Below are positions 17,450 to 29,825 of a stretch of 64,000 bases of DNA, piece after piece. The notes beneath the pieces were generated by a model. The model was given only the letters and a program-made list of their open reading frames with translations, had not been told where the DNA came from and made no database searches. The DNA is from the human T2T-CHM13v2.0 reference genome, Homo sapiens. The stretch's first letter is position 1; every line of letters starts with the position of its first letter. The stretch covers positions 8,608,001 through 8,672,000 of the forward strand of contig CP086569.2 of NCBI GenBank assembly GCA_009914755.4. The letters run 5' to 3'. The position numbers were made by a program, and so were the translations under genes.

Positions 17450-20400
17450 CTTCTGAACTGTCTCTGCACCTTGAAACAGTGGCTGGGGCACCAGGAGTAA
17501 CACTTCCAGCCAACACCATGTGGTGAGGATGAGGAGTCCATCCGGGTTAAGGAGGGTGTCAGCATAATGTTACTTGAAGGAGAGGCGACCAGGATCAAGA
17601 TCTCCGGCACACATTGAAATCCCCCATGCCCAGCTGTGGCGGACTGATTCCCTTAGCTTGTGCTGGGCTAACAGGTGTGTTCAGGAAGCATCTCCCTTGC
17701 CTGGGAAGGATCCCCCGCTTCCCTTGCTATCAGGAAGGGTGAGGCTTGTGGCCTCTGCTCTATCTGTTCCAGCTCTTTCCCTTTCCATTATAGCACTGCT
17801 GGGTAAGGTGGCAGGACCCCAGAATGTGGAAGGGCCCTGGGCTGTTGACAGTGCCTGTGGGTGGCCAGGTACTAGGAGGAGAGTCCTCACTGAGCCTCCC
17901 GTGAGCTTGGAGGCTGGGAAGGAACATTCGTGGGGCACTGGCCAGTCCAGAGTTCAGGGGCCTATCTGGAGAAGGCCAGGGCGATGTTGTAAGGCTGTGG
18001 ATCTACAATCTAGATGGAAGAGTTGTATCTGCCATGGCTGACATCATCAGGGCAAGACACCAACTGAGTGGAAAGCTGGACTTATGCATTTTATCCCTGT
18101 CCTGAAGAGACACTGCCTGGCTCTCCTGGGACCACTGATACTGGGGACCCCCTCTGGGTCCACTTATGACCATAAGCTTAGGATCTTCTATGCCTTGCTT
18201 CCTATCCACCCAGCTGAGGTATCCTGGAGACGATGTACGGGGCGAAGCTGTTGTGTGCACATGCTGCACTGGAATGGGGTATCATTGGCCAGTTAGGCCA
18301 CTGCTCCCCAGGCCCTCTCCTGAGCTCCCACCTGGCTAAATGATAACTGTAACATCTACCTCGCCCTGCAGCCCAGGTTTCTCCTCCACCTACTGACCCA
18401 TGCCCACTTGGGGAAAATGCCAGCCTCCCTGGAGACTCAGGCCCTGCCAGACCCACCTGCTGTCCTCCTCTCTCATGGGCCAGACACTCTCTGGTGCACA
18501 GGGATTCAGGAACAGCAAATACAAAGCCCGGCAGGTTCCATTGCTTCTTTCCTGAATGCCCGCTTCCCTGGACGAACACACAGGAAGACTTGGGCAGCAG
18601 CTAGGTTTTATTTCCCTCTGGATGTCATTTCAAGTTCATGACATCTCCTCTAGGTAGCTCATGCCAGCCATCCTTTCCCTCCTCCCTCTGCCATTTGTGA
18701 GAACCATGAGGACTCTTCACAGCTCCCACGTGTGCAGGCTTCACAGGTCCTGAAGTTGGATCACCAAACCCAGCAGCCCCTAAGCCAAGGTACACAAAGG
18801 TACACAGCCACAGGTGTGCACATGCATGCACTAGCTCAGACATGCAGGCTAGAATGTGCCCACACTCATACTGGTACAAGGGAAACAGGGTGTCTACACC
18901 AATAATCAGATGGGACTTAATGTTCAGCCACATTCCCTCGCTGGATACACGTAAAAGGTCCCCTGCGATTTAACTGTTCATCTGCAGTAGGATTTACTAT
19001 TACTTTTATACTTTTACAACTTACCAAAGTATGTTGCATTCTTTCCCCCATCATGAAAAAAGGCTTTGATAAAAGTAAGAAAGCTGAGCATTTTTTGTAA
19101 TAAAATTCTTATCTGTATCTATACTATTAAGTCATTTAAAAATATTACATCTTTTTTTTAATGTCATAGGAAATGTCTCAGGGGCAGGGGAAGCATGAGT
19201 GAGGATGGCAGAGGGGAGAAAGCATGTGAAGGGAGCCTGGAGTCATTGAAACAAAACATGACAGGACTGGGATAGCCATTCTAGAAGGACATAGACCTAG
19301 GTGTGCCTCATGTGCACTTCTGTGTGGACGGTAAGAGGGCGCTAGCTGAGCACAAACTGAACCCCGGCTGGTAGCAATCCTCAAGGCGTGGAAGAGAGGC
19401 AAGGAAGGATAATATGGCAGCTATCTGTTGATCCTTGCTTTGCACCAATTGACCTTCACCACTTCTCCTTTTTAGGCAACTTCAGGTTCCCCAATTCTGA
19501 GACATGAGTGTTACAGTTCCCTGATGAGCCTTTCTCCCCTAGCCCAAAGATGGCCTGGGATTTATCACTGCAGGCTCCTCCCTGAGACTTGAGTTCTCTA
19601 TGTGTGTCCCAGCTCCAGGACCCACAGGCCTCTAAGCCTCCAGCCCTGGGATCTTTACCTGGCCTCCTCTCTGTTCCCTCTTTGAGGGCCTAACTCCTTC
19701 CAGCAGTGCTGCAGGGGATTGAGACAGAGGCCCTGGGTGATATACTGGGTGACTGGGGAAAGGGGTCTATGACTGATCATGTCATGGTTCAAAGCCAATT
19801 CCACAGATGCCAAGGAAAGACTAGCAAGATCCTTTCCCATGACACCCCTCAGCGGTGCCCACCTCAGCAATCCTGGCTGACTTTGAGTGATCACGGTCAG
19901 CCAACCAGCTGAAGAAGCTCAGTTAGGCTGTGTCCTGCCTGAAGCTGGCGGCTTCTGCTGCATGACTCTAGAACCACTGGGCTATAGTCATGCCAGACAT
20001 CCTGTATCCTGGAGCAAGAGGAGTTGGGAAGGCTCATGCCAGGCCTAGCCTCCCACACTCCACCCCCGCTGCCATGCCAATAGGCACTTCTTATAGATGA
20101 TGCCAACCTGATACTCCTTAATGATCACTTCATTGCAGAAATAAAGGCTGTGACAAAAGGAAAACTTTGTCCTGCTGCCAGTACCCTGGATGACTGTTTC
20201 TCCACGTGCCAGTCCAAGAAGAAGAGAACAGACTCAAAGGGATCATTTCATCTTGCTAGGCTGAGGGCCTGCTGGCTAGGATGAAGCATGCATTTCCCCT
20301 TCCCAGCTCTCCCAGTGAGACACCCCTGGACCCCAGGAGGACCTCAACCTGACCGGGACCCTTGACCCCTCCCCCAGACCCAGGATCCCCAGCCTCATCT

Positions 20401-22285
20401 GCAAATCCATCATGTAGCTTACTTAGCAGGACTTCCTCATGGTTTCTTTCTTTCCTTCTTTTCTTTTCTCTTTTTCTTTTCTTTTCTTTTCTTTCTTTAG
20501 ATGGAGTCTCACTCTGGCTAGAATGCAGTGGCGGGATCTCAGCTCACTGCTAGCTCCACTTCCCAGGTTCACGCCTGCCTCAGCCTCCCCAGTACCTGGG
20601 ACTACAGGTGTCCACCACCAGCCTGGCTAATTTTTTGTATTTTTAGTAGAGACTGTGTTTCACTGTATTAGCCAGGATGGTCTGGATCTCCTGATCTCCT
20701 GATCCGCCCACACTGGCCTCCCAAAGTGCTGGGATTACAGGTGTGACCCACCGTGCCCAGCCTCCTCATGATTTCTGAACCTGACTGACATCTTGGTGTG
20801 CAGCACAATCTGCCTCTGGTGAAGGAGGCTCGAGATGATTGGGTGGACATGCCAGGAAACATCCTGCAACTTTGCAAGAGCTGGGAGAGTGTTGGGCAGG
20901 GTTATACCCCAGATCTTTGGCCTGGCACTGTGCATTGGTGGTCCTGTCTCTGTCCGGCATGTGGGGGCATAGTAGCAGGAGTGTTGTTCTTGTGGGTGGG
21001 TGGAGGGAGGCCCAGAAAGCCTCTGCCAACATCGAGAGGGGAGCACGAGTAGGCAGGGCATTGGGTGTGGGGTGCTGTGGTGTGACGCAGCTGTTTCCTC
21101 AGAGTTCCTGAGCTGCACCTGGCACTTGTGTGCTCAGTGCTGGACAGGCTATAGTAAGGGTGTCCAGGTGTGTGGTCCCCTCTTCTGGTCTCCCTGAGGG
21201 GTGGGCGTCTCCATTTGAGGTAACCACTGTGGGTAGAAGGGACTGCAGGGCTGTGACTGGAACACTCCAGGGGGCTCGCGTGTGCAGCGGAGGCATGTGT
21301 GCAATGGAGGTTTTATATGCTCAGGAACTACAGCTCTTTGATTGCAGTGCAGGCAGAGGGAAGAAAGCATGTCTAGGAAGCTGGTGCCTGCCTTGCAGAG
21401 GATGGCATCCCCATGTACCGTGAACCCAGGTCTTGAGCACCTTGTGTTTCTGGAGTGAGGTTGCTGGACACCAACACGGGGAGTGGGAGTGGTTCTATGG
21501 CTGGCGTGGGCATGCAGACTCCCTTTTTCCAAGGACTTTTCCAGGGAAACGTGCCCTTCATCTTGCTGTGCGTGAAGGGTCCTTGGAGCCACTGTTCTCA
21601 CTTGTGAGTGCTGAGATTGGCTCCCAGTCCCTACCACGTACTCTCAGTGCACCCGCAAGCAAGCTGCCCTCCTATCTGCAGGACGCTGGCCTCGGCTCCC
21701 CTCTGTGTCCCCATGCCCTGCCTCCTGACTGACCCTGTATGCCTCCCGCCTGGCTCTGTTTCTCCCCACCCCCGGAAACCTGACGCCCATCCCCTGTTGT
21801 CGGTTATCCTCAATGGGCTGTTGCAAGGATATGGCTCTGGCCCAGAAGCGGGAGATGCCCTGGCTGATGGCCCCTGTGCCGTCCAGCCCGGGCAGGCGCC
21901 TCGGCCAAAACTTCCGCCTCAGCCGTGTGTCCCATGCAGCCTGGGGCATCCACAGAGTGCAGCTCCAAGTAAAGGACCTCCAGAGAGTCTGTTGCCTGCT
22001 GGGGCATGCTGGGGCCAGGGCCAGGCTGTGCCCGCTGGTAGTCCTTCTACTGCTCTATGTTGGCCTTCTCCTCGACTACTATCTGGACCACTGCCATGAT
22101 GTCGTCCAGCACCAGCACCTTCTCCCCGCCAAGGGCGCCTCTGCACTCTATACCCTGGCTGCTGTCTCCCGCAGAGCCTCCAATTTGAAAGGGGTTCCTC
22201 CTCTGGACTTCCCGCTGACCATGACGCGCACTGTCCACTCCACCTCCGAATAATGTATCCTTAAAGTATCCTTTAAAAAAAAAAA
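17450..22285. other. GC-rich block (~4.8 kb) of unknown nature embedded in AT-rich DNA. Its 3' ~450 bp is CpG-dense. It ends in an A12 run that adjoins an L1 fragment. It contains one Alu insertion and a ~200-bp AT-rich island (18960-19170).
   Basis: Sharp compositional shift at ~17450 and ~22285. Dozens of overlapping 60-160-aa ORFs on both strands, as expected for stop-poor GC-rich DNA. CpGs such as ccgtccagcccgggcaggcgcctcggcc and cccgctgaccatgacgcgcactg in 21880-22240. No recognisable protein family. Confidence 0.5.
20441..20762 (-). mobile_element. Alu SINE, reverse orientation, with a TTTC-rich tail (20445-20500), inserted into the GC-rich block; target-site duplication TCCTCATG(G/A)TTTCT
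   Basis: agatggagtctcactctggctagaatgcagtggcgggatctcagctcactgc…ggcctcccaaagtgctgggattacaggtgtgacccaccgtgcccagcc, flanked by cttcctcatggtttct (20432-20447) and cctcctcatgatttct (20760-20775). Confidence 0.9.
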
Positions 22286-22286
22286 A

Positions 22287-22385
22287 CTTAAAATCATTCC
22301 TATTTCACCACATCCTTTCCAATATCTATTGTTTCCTGACTTTTTAATGATCGCCATTCTAACTGCAATGAGATGGTATCTCATT
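22287..22385 (-). mobile_element. L1 ORF2-end fragment in inverted orientation; the 5' arm of a twin-priming-type L1 insertion
   Basis: Its reverse complement reads cacaatgagataccatctcattgcagttagaatggcgatcattaaaaagtcaggaaacaatagatattggaaaggatgtggtgaaatagg, which is the L1 sequence …ACAATGAGATACCATCTCACACCAGTTAGAATGGCGATCATTAAAAAGTCAGGAAACAACAGGTGCTGGAGAGGATGTGGAGAAATAGG. Confidence 0.75.
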
Positions 22386-22715
22386 GTGTTTGCAGGGTCA
22401 TGGATGAAGCTGAAAACCATCATACTAAGCAAACTATCACAAGGACAGAAAACCAAACACCACATGTTCTCTCTCATAAGTGGGAGTTGAACAATGAAAA
22501 CACATGGACACACAGTGGGTAACATCACCCTCCTGGGCCGGTTGGGGGATGGGGGTCTGGGGGAGGCATAGTATTAGAAGGAATACCTAATGTAAATGAT
22601 GAGTTCATGTGTGCAGCAAACCACCATGGCACATGTATCCCTATGTAATAAACCTGCACATTCTGCACTTGTACCCTAGAACATAAAGTATAATAAAAAA
22701 ATTAAAAGGAAAAAT
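22386..22715 (+). mobile_element. L1 3'UTR fragment in forward orientation; the 3' arm of the same insertion
   Basis: ggatgaagctgaaaaccatcatactaagcaaactatcacaaggacagaaaaccaaacaccacatgttctctctcataagtgggagttgaacaatgaaaacacatggacaca…gcacatgtatccctatgtaataaacctgcacattctgcacttgtaccctagaacataaagtataataaaaaaatt. Confidence 0.85.
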
Positions 22716-23012
22716 AGCTCTCCAAACCCTAAAACTGAATAGAAAATTAGTATCAAGTGGTCTAGAACGTAACTTACATGAAAATGTCACAAACATTTAG
22801 CAGATAGTTTCTAAATGCCACAATAAGCCTGGCAGTCAGCAAGAAGCTCAGAAAAACATGGTCTTTGCTCTTCTGAGTGTGCAGTTGTTACAGGCACATA
22901 GATAAATGAGGAATAATAAGTGTGTTAAGTGCTGTAATAGGCAAATACAGGAAATATAACTGGAAATAAGGGCAACAATTTTGATAAACAAAACGTTAAT
23001 ACATGATGAAAT

Positions 23013-23037
23013 GTAAAAAAAAAAAAAAAAAAAAAAG
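23013..23037. repeat. A24 homopolymer run; the upstream sequence could not be assigned to a repeat family
   Basis: gtaaaaaaaaaaaaaaaaaaaaaaagaac. Confidence 0.5.
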
Positions 23038-23607
23038 AACAAAACTCATGACTTTAATAAATGTTGCCTTTTTCTTCCCTCCAGAAGAAAACTCATGCCT
23101 CTGCTTTATTGGCTGACATGTTCCTAAGAAGACTTAACAGCTCTGATTTGTATTAATCACATTTTCCTCAGTTATTAAACATGGGTTTAAAAATCCTTCG
23201 AAGGTCAAATGAAAATATTTGCTATTACTGTATAAACAGTCAAGTGCTACACAAATGTTATTCTCTCATGCTGTATTTATACCACATATATCACATGGTT
23301 AGTGTAGCATTCTCATAAAGGAAATCTTGAAATGTGTCTGCTGCTCCATTTTTATTTTTCAACTGTTTCAATCATTATTATTTGTTATATGATTTCTAGG
23401 GGCTTTTGAATTTTAAAGAAAATATGTATAAACGAAAAAGAGGACAATGAAATTTCGAGACTACAGTCATAATTTCATTGATTAATTCAATTGTTTGTAA
23501 AGCTAGATTAGATTATATTTCTCCCAAAAAATCCACTGAGAAATTCTAAGATTACGCACCTATTGTTTGAATGACTGTAAAGTTGTTGCTTAAGTTAGAG
23601 TTCACTA

Positions 23608-23903
23608 TTTTTTTTTTTTTTTTTTTTTTGAGACAAAGTCTTTCTCTCTTGCCCAGGCTGATACGGTGTGGCACAGGATCTCAGCTCACTGCAAACTCCG
23701 CCTCCCAGGTTCTCCTGCCTCAGCCTGATGAGTTGCTGGGACTACAGGTACCTGCCACCACAGCCGGCTAATTTTTTGTATTTTTTAATAGAGACGGGGT
23801 TTCACAGTGTTAGCCAGGATGGCCTCAATCTCCTGACTTTGTGATCCACCTGCCTTGGCCTCCCAAAGTGTTGGGATTACAGGTGTGAGCCACTGCTCCA
23901 GGC
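23608..23903 (-). mobile_element. Alu SINE, reverse orientation, with a T22 tail; probable target-site duplication AGAGTT
   Basis: tttttttttttttttttttttgagacaaagtctttctctcttgcccaggctgatacggtgtggcacaggatctcagctcactgcaaactccgcctcc…cctcccaaagtgttgggattacaggtgtgagccactgctccaggcc. Confidence 0.9.
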
Positions 23904-26221
23904 CAGAGTTAATTAACTCTTTTTAAAGCCTGTAGATACAGTAATAGTTTCATGTATTAAAACAGGGAAAATAGGATTTTTGGTGCTAGTTGCTCTCACC
24001 AGAAATAATCATAACTTAAAAGTTATGATTTAAACTGCTCTTTATGTCAAATTAAATTTTCATTTTTCTACCTCATGTTATGGATGAGGTATGTATTTTT
24101 AAATGTATTTTCATGCTTATTGTACTTCTGTGAGAAAATGCAGACTTAAATTCATATCATAGTTATCTTTCAGTTTTACCTGTCTGTTCCAAAAGGTTCA
24201 CAGAAATAAAGAATTCCATTTATGCTTGTATCTTTCAGCAACCTTATTTCAGATAACGGTGCACATTACTACAGATAGCACATAGACAGGTCCAAAGGGA
24301 GAAGAAGAAGAAGAAATCAAGTTTTTAAGTCTATATATTTGTAACACTGAATCAGAAACTCAGTAGTCATAGTGAAATCAAAAAATGATCTTAGTCAATT
24401 TCATCTCATACCTAGACTGAAATATGAATCTTCAAAAGAAAAGAAAGTTCAGAACTTTAGGCTTATCAAAATTTTTCTATATAGATAAAATTATTGGTGA
24501 CTTTCTCTCACTAGAAAATGTAAATAAAAATCCATGCTTTGATTATATGTAAATAAAAATATTTTTATTTATATCACATGACTTATGCAAGCAAGTAGTA
24601 AAGTGAAAGTACAATAATAAAATGATATAAGGAAATTTCTCTGTGTCAAAAAATTCCATTGAGGTTATTAATTTTAGAAAAACCATAGAGAATGCTTCAT
24701 GAAACTACATTATACAGTGCCTTTTAGTATTTTACTTACATTTTAAATAATCAACAAATGAAAGGAAATTTTTAATCATTATTTATTACCAATAACATTA
24801 TTCCACTCAAATAAGTCTTTTGAGTTAAATATTTTAAATAAAACATTAAAAACAAATTGTATTGACTGCTGTCAGCTTTTGATGAAATAATACTTCTTTA
24901 TTTGTAGTCATGTGAGGTATAACTTTCTTTTCACAGTAGATCTTTTATAACACCAGTGGTATTGTTTTCTCTGATACAAACCTTGTGATATCTCACAGCT
25001 TTTCTGTATCCATACATTACATGCCTCCAGAGAGTAGGCTTCAGATAGAAAAATTATATTTGTGATGAAATTCTAGGAAAGGGAATGGTAAAATGGGAGA
25101 ATAATTTCTAAATTTCTAACTGTTCATCAATGGATTTGGATATATTTAGATATAGACAAATATTTGCACACTGCAAGTTTGCACATGTGTATAAAAATTT
25201 ATATGAGATACCCATAATGTATGGGTTGTATAATCTTTTAATTATACGTGTGGGAAATTTGATAAGCATTTATCCTTATCAAATACTCAATTTGAAGTAC
25301 TATACTCAATTTGATGTAAAGCCAACAAAATCTCTGTCAACATTCACTTCAATTAATCCAGTAATTTTACCTGCTGATAGCTTCATTATCTTTTTCCCCT
25401 GTTGGCAGCCTGAAAGTTGATTTTCACACTAATTCAGTGCTCAGTTTGCCGTCCATAAGAGACTAGCACCTTGCTGTGGATTGTGACCTCTGACTCCAAC
25501 ACTTTCGTCTTTTAACAGTCCTAACTTTGCATACCTAATGAACTTTGTACATGGTTTAAAAAAAGTTGAGTGAAATGTCAGGCCATGCTGTGAAATACTC
25601 TATTGTTTCTATATCTCTAATTGAACTTTCAGGTTGTAGAGAACAAGAAAAACAATTCAATACATTTCTTAGTATCCAGTCCAATGCACCATTTCTTATT
25701 ACTACCAAACTATTCCTTCAAGGCACTGATATCTAAACACAGCTAGATATATCAAAATCTCTTCTCATTAATAACCATTATGTTAATCACTCTTGCCCAG
25801 ACCTCCACTCTGACTGTGAAATCCTCAGGTGGAAATTGCTGTAATGGTTCACACTATGGGAATGACTATTTTTTGGCATAATTACTGCTGTCCAACTTAC
25901 TGTAGAATATCACATTAAATGGCAGCTCTTAGATACATAAATCCTGTTCATTAATTTTTAACGTCCAACATTTATGGTATTGCACAAGTAAAAATCTTTG
26001 ATAACGTAAATGGTTAGCTGAGCAATGGCTAAAATACATCATAGCAATTCAAACATTCATTTACTTAACTAGAAGGGTGATAGCTCATTAACTCCTGATG
26101 AAAACAAAGTTGGGAAATTGCACGTGTTGAATTGGTCACGAAATTATGTATTTCAGGGTATTTTATAAAACTATCCCTGCTATGTACGATGCCTCACCTG
26201 CAAGCATAAAGCTTTAGTATA

Positions 26222-26300
26222 TGTATGTATATATATAGATAGATAGCATACAGATAGATAGATAGATACAGATATAGATAGAGATAGAGGTATAGATACA
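26222..26300. repeat. (TAGA)n/(GATA)n tetranucleotide repeat with TA/CA flanks
   Basis: tatatatatatagatagatagcatacagatagatagatagatacagatatagatagagatagaggtatagatacacac. Confidence 0.8.
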
Positions 26301-26575
26301 CACATAATGTGTTTTGGCTCTTAATGTCTCTCTACATTTGTCTTCATAACCTCAACACAAAACCACCCATGTACTTGACTTTCAGGTCAGTTGTCTACCA
26401 GTTATTAGGGTTTAAGTAAACAAAATAAAGATTTCAAAACATGGTGACCAAATATGAGAAATCACACTCTCCCCATAAGAAATAATTATTCTCAAGTGAC
26501 ACTGCAAATGCAAAATTAAAAGAAGAAATTAAGTCTAACATATTGCAGGATTCTAAAATCTAAAATTTCCTGTTG

Positions 26576-26840
26576 GAGGTCTGGTGGTTCATGCCTGGAA
26601 TCAAAGCTCTTTGGGAGTCTGAGAAGGAAGGATTGCTTCAAGCCCAGAATTCCAGACCAGCACAGGCAACATAGCAAGATCTACTTCTACAAATGTAACT
26701 AATTAATTAATTAATTAAATTGGGCATGATGGCACACATCTGTTGTTCTATTTACTCATGAGTTCAAGGTTGCAGTGAGCTGTGATTGCACACTGCACTT
26801 CAGCCTGAGCCACGGGGCAAGACGTTGTCTCTACAAAATA
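26576..26840 (+). mobile_element. Old, degenerate Alu (AluJ-like), forward orientation
   Basis: ggtctggtggttcatgcctggaatcaaagctctttgggagtctgagaaggaaggattgcttcaagcccagaattccagaccagcacaggcaacatagcaagatc … (ttaa)n linker … gggcatgatggcacacatctgttgttctatttactcatgagttcaaggttgcagtgagctgtgattgcacactgcacttcagcctgagccacggggcaagacgttgtctc. Confidence 0.75.
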
Positions 26841-28081
26841 ATTCAATATAACAAAACAAAGTAAATTAAAATAAAAACACTTTCAGGTGTTTTTTGGAAG
26901 TTTGTATAATTGCTCCAAAGCATAGATATTGTTTAAAGTTGAGCAATTCATGGGGAACAGGCAGTGAATATTGTTTATATCATTTTCCAGGAATTAGGGT
27001 AAATATGTTAGAAGATTATATATAAATATCTAATAAGCTTTGGTATAAAAAATATTGACAAATGTCAAGCGATTGTGTTTATAGACACTTTCTTCAAAAT
27101 ATTCATAGTTTAATTGGAGAATGAAGAGAAGAGAAATAATTGCAATATACTCTGACAAGTGTTACAACAGATACAATTTAGTAACGGAGTTGGAGAGGAA
27201 GGAAGTTCTCAACTGGGTTTACAAGGGTTTGGGGAACCTTCTTAGGGCAAGAAGAATTGATGGCACCTGTAAGTATTCCAATTTGGAAGCAGAAAGTTTG
27301 GGAGAAAAACACTATAGAAAAAAAAAACATTCTATCAATGATAGAAGTACTAACAGTGCATATGATGCCATCTGCCAAATTCTTAGACCATACTAGCTCA
27401 ATAAATATTTCTTGAATGAATCCATGAATGGAAGATATTGGAAAAAGTGTTCTGGAAGAGATTTTCAAAATCCTATTAAGGAAAGGTAAATACCATGTAC
27501 TTTACAATTTTGCCTGCGTTTCTTTACGTTTTGTTATGTTTACAACCTCATAAGCTCTGTTTTATTTTTTGGTCTTTTCCCTAATATCATGTATGAATCT
27601 TTCCTGAGACTACTTATCTCTTGATCCTTTGACACTATGTTTGTCTCTGATACTCCTTTGTGTGAGGTCCTGGATTTGTATTCCCACAGCTACATCACTC
27701 ATCTCTCCCTGGCACTATTCTGTAATAGAGAGGCCTGGCCCCTGGGAGGCAGTGTTCCTAGGCTCCCATAAAAATTACTGTTTCAGATCAGTCAAGGGGT
27801 GACTCTGCAGAGATTAGAGAACAAGAAGATTACAGAAGCCTGTTTGTTTCCCACTCCTTTTCAGTAGGGAATGTTTCCACAATGATTCCATGCCTGCAGT
27901 AATGCTCTCTGTGTTTCCATTTTCCATGGAGTGGCCCTAATCCTAGACTGGCTTTTCTGATGCCATTTTCTCCAATTATCTTCTCTAAAGGATTTGGGTA
28001 CTATTTTTGGAATTTTAAATTTTAAAAAATATTGATATGGAAGGGGGTCAGTGAAGTGCCTCTTAGAGGAGGGTGTGGTTC

Positions 28082-28726
28082 TGAGAGGTGAAGCTGGCTG
28101 GGCTTCCGGGTCTGATGGGGACTTGGAGAACTTTTGTGTCTAGCTGAAGGATTGTAAACACACCAGTCAGCACTATGTGTCTAGCTAAAGGTTTGTAAAT
28201 GCACCAATCAGTGCTGTTTCTAGCTAATTGGGTGAGGACTTGGAGAACTTTTCTGTCTAGCTAAAGGATTATAAATGCACCAATCAGCACTCTGTCAAAA
28301 TGAATCAATCAGCACTCTGTAAAACAGACCAATCAGCACTCTGTAAAATGGACCAAACAGCTCTCTGTAAATTGGACCAATCAGCAGGATGTGTGCCAGA
28401 CCAAATAAGGGAATAAAAGCAGGCCACCTGAGCCAGCAGCCACAACCCACTCAGGTCCCCTTCCCCGCTGTGGAAGTTTTGTTCTTTCACTCTTCACAAT
28501 AAATCTTGCTGCTGCTCACTCTTTGGGTCCACGCTGCCTTTATGAGCTGTAACACTCACCATGAAGGTCTGCAGCTTCACTCCTGAAGTCAGCAGGACCA
28601 CAAACCCATTGGGAGGAATGAACAACTCTGGACATGCCACCTTTATGAACTGTATCACTCACCATGAAGGTCCGCAGCTTTACTTCTGAAGTCAGCTAGA
28701 CCACGAACCCACCCATTCTGGACGCA
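28082..28726 (+). repeat. HERV9 5' LTR (LTR12 family)
   Basis: U3 tandem CCAAT-containing repeats at 28130-28400; R/U5 …ccaccatgaaggtctgcagcttcactcctgaagtcagc…cccattctggacgca. Confidence 0.8.
28130..28400 (+). promoter_or_regulatory. LTR12 U3 enhancer repeat block: ~6 tandem 35-45-bp units each carrying CCAATCAGCACTCTGT (CCAAT box). The same block recurs in the 3' LTR at ~36570-36850.
   Basis: Repeats are directly visible: …tgtaaacacaccagtcagcactatgtgtctagctaaaggtttgtaaatgcaccaatcagtgctgtttctagctaattgg…accaatcagcactctgtaaaatggaccaaacagctctctgtaaattggaccaatcagcagg…. LTR12 U3 repeats are known from the literature to bind NF-Y and act as promoters or enhancers. Confidence 0.6.
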
Positions 28727-29825
28727 CTTTGGCTACCACAAAGGGAACATCGCCTATCACCAAGCAGTGAGATTATCACCTATCGACAAGTGGTGAGTAC
28801 CATCAGATCACTTTTACTTGCTATTCTGTCCTATTTTTCCTTAGAATTCAGGGGCTAAATACTGGGCACCTGTCAGCCAGTTAAAATTGACTAGTGCAGC
28901 CATGAGACTAAAGACATGGGTGTCAGGCTTTCTGGGAAATGACTCTCTAACAATCCCCAACTCTTTGGAGTTGGGAACGTTGGTTTGTCTGGAGCCAGCT
29001 TCCACCTTTCCTGTACTTCTGGGCTGAGCCAGCGGTCAAGAGAGAGGAAAGCCATTCATCTCTGGGGTCCTGACAACAAGTTGGTTGACCCTGCAGCCAT
29101 GAGTTGAACTCTCCAAGGCATGTTGCCCAAGTGAGACTCGCCCATCTACCCATCTGTTCTGACCCTTGCCCCCTGGGTCCTCACATCTGCCAGACAAACT
29201 TCCTTTCACCTCTCCTCTCCCAGGATAGCCCCACTTCTAAAAACCACTGCCAGTCTCTGGAACTTTTCTAGTTTCTCCTATAAGAAAAATTTCTAGTATA
29301 AACTCCAGGACTCTATTCCCTTCTTTAGGCACATGGGCTTACCAATCAGAGAGACATATTTTTTTCCCAAAGCACCATTGTAGGGGGAATTATCTGGGAT
29401 TTTAGGATCCCTCCTCAGACTAGCAGGCCTAGCAAAAGCTATTCCTGAAGCTAGGATATGGGGAGCCTCAGAAATTGTATCCTTCCTATTCATATAAGTG
29501 AGGATAAAAGGTGTCATTTCCAACCCCGGAGATCCCTTCTTCCCTCCACTTCATTTTTGGGAATAGCATCTTTATAGGACATGGGTATGTTCCCAATACT
29601 AACAGAAGAATGCTAAGGACTCTAACAGTTTTTCTAGAATATGTCAGTAAGGGCCACTAAGTCTGAACTTCCTTGGTCCTCCTTGTGGTCTGGGAGGAAA
29701 ACTTGTGTTTCTGCTGCTGCATCAATCAGCACAACTATTCCTGTCAGCAGGGTCCAGGAACCATTGCAGGTTCTTGGGCAGGGAGAGAAACAAAACAAAC
29801 CAGAACTGCAGGTGGTTTTGTCTTT

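Noticed and set aside
17574-22253. Numerous 60-160-aa ORFs on both strands in the GC-rich block (for example 21608-22099(+), 21149-21637(-), 21813-22253(+))
   Set aside because: The ORFs overlap each other in multiple frames and on both strands, as expected for stop-codon-poor GC-rich sequence. The translations are proline-, arginine- and glycine-rich with no recognisable domain. They are not called as genes.
22265-22285. A12 run read as the poly(A) tail of a processed pseudogene whose body would be the GC-rich block
   Set aside because: The upstream block carries an older Alu insertion with its own target-site duplication and has no clear mRNA-like structure. The A-run sits exactly at the 5' edge of a twin-primed L1 insertion, where an A-rich endonuclease target site is expected. 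The retrocopy reading is left open in the findings but is not favoured.
28130-28400. CRISPR-like appearance of regularly spaced ~40-bp repeats (ccaatcagcactctgt…) separated by short variable segments
   Set aside because: These are the characteristic tandem U3 enhancer repeats of LTR12. The same block recurs in the 3' LTR (36570-36850) and in the solo LTR at 59.4-60.1 kb. There are no cas genes, and the host is a primate.
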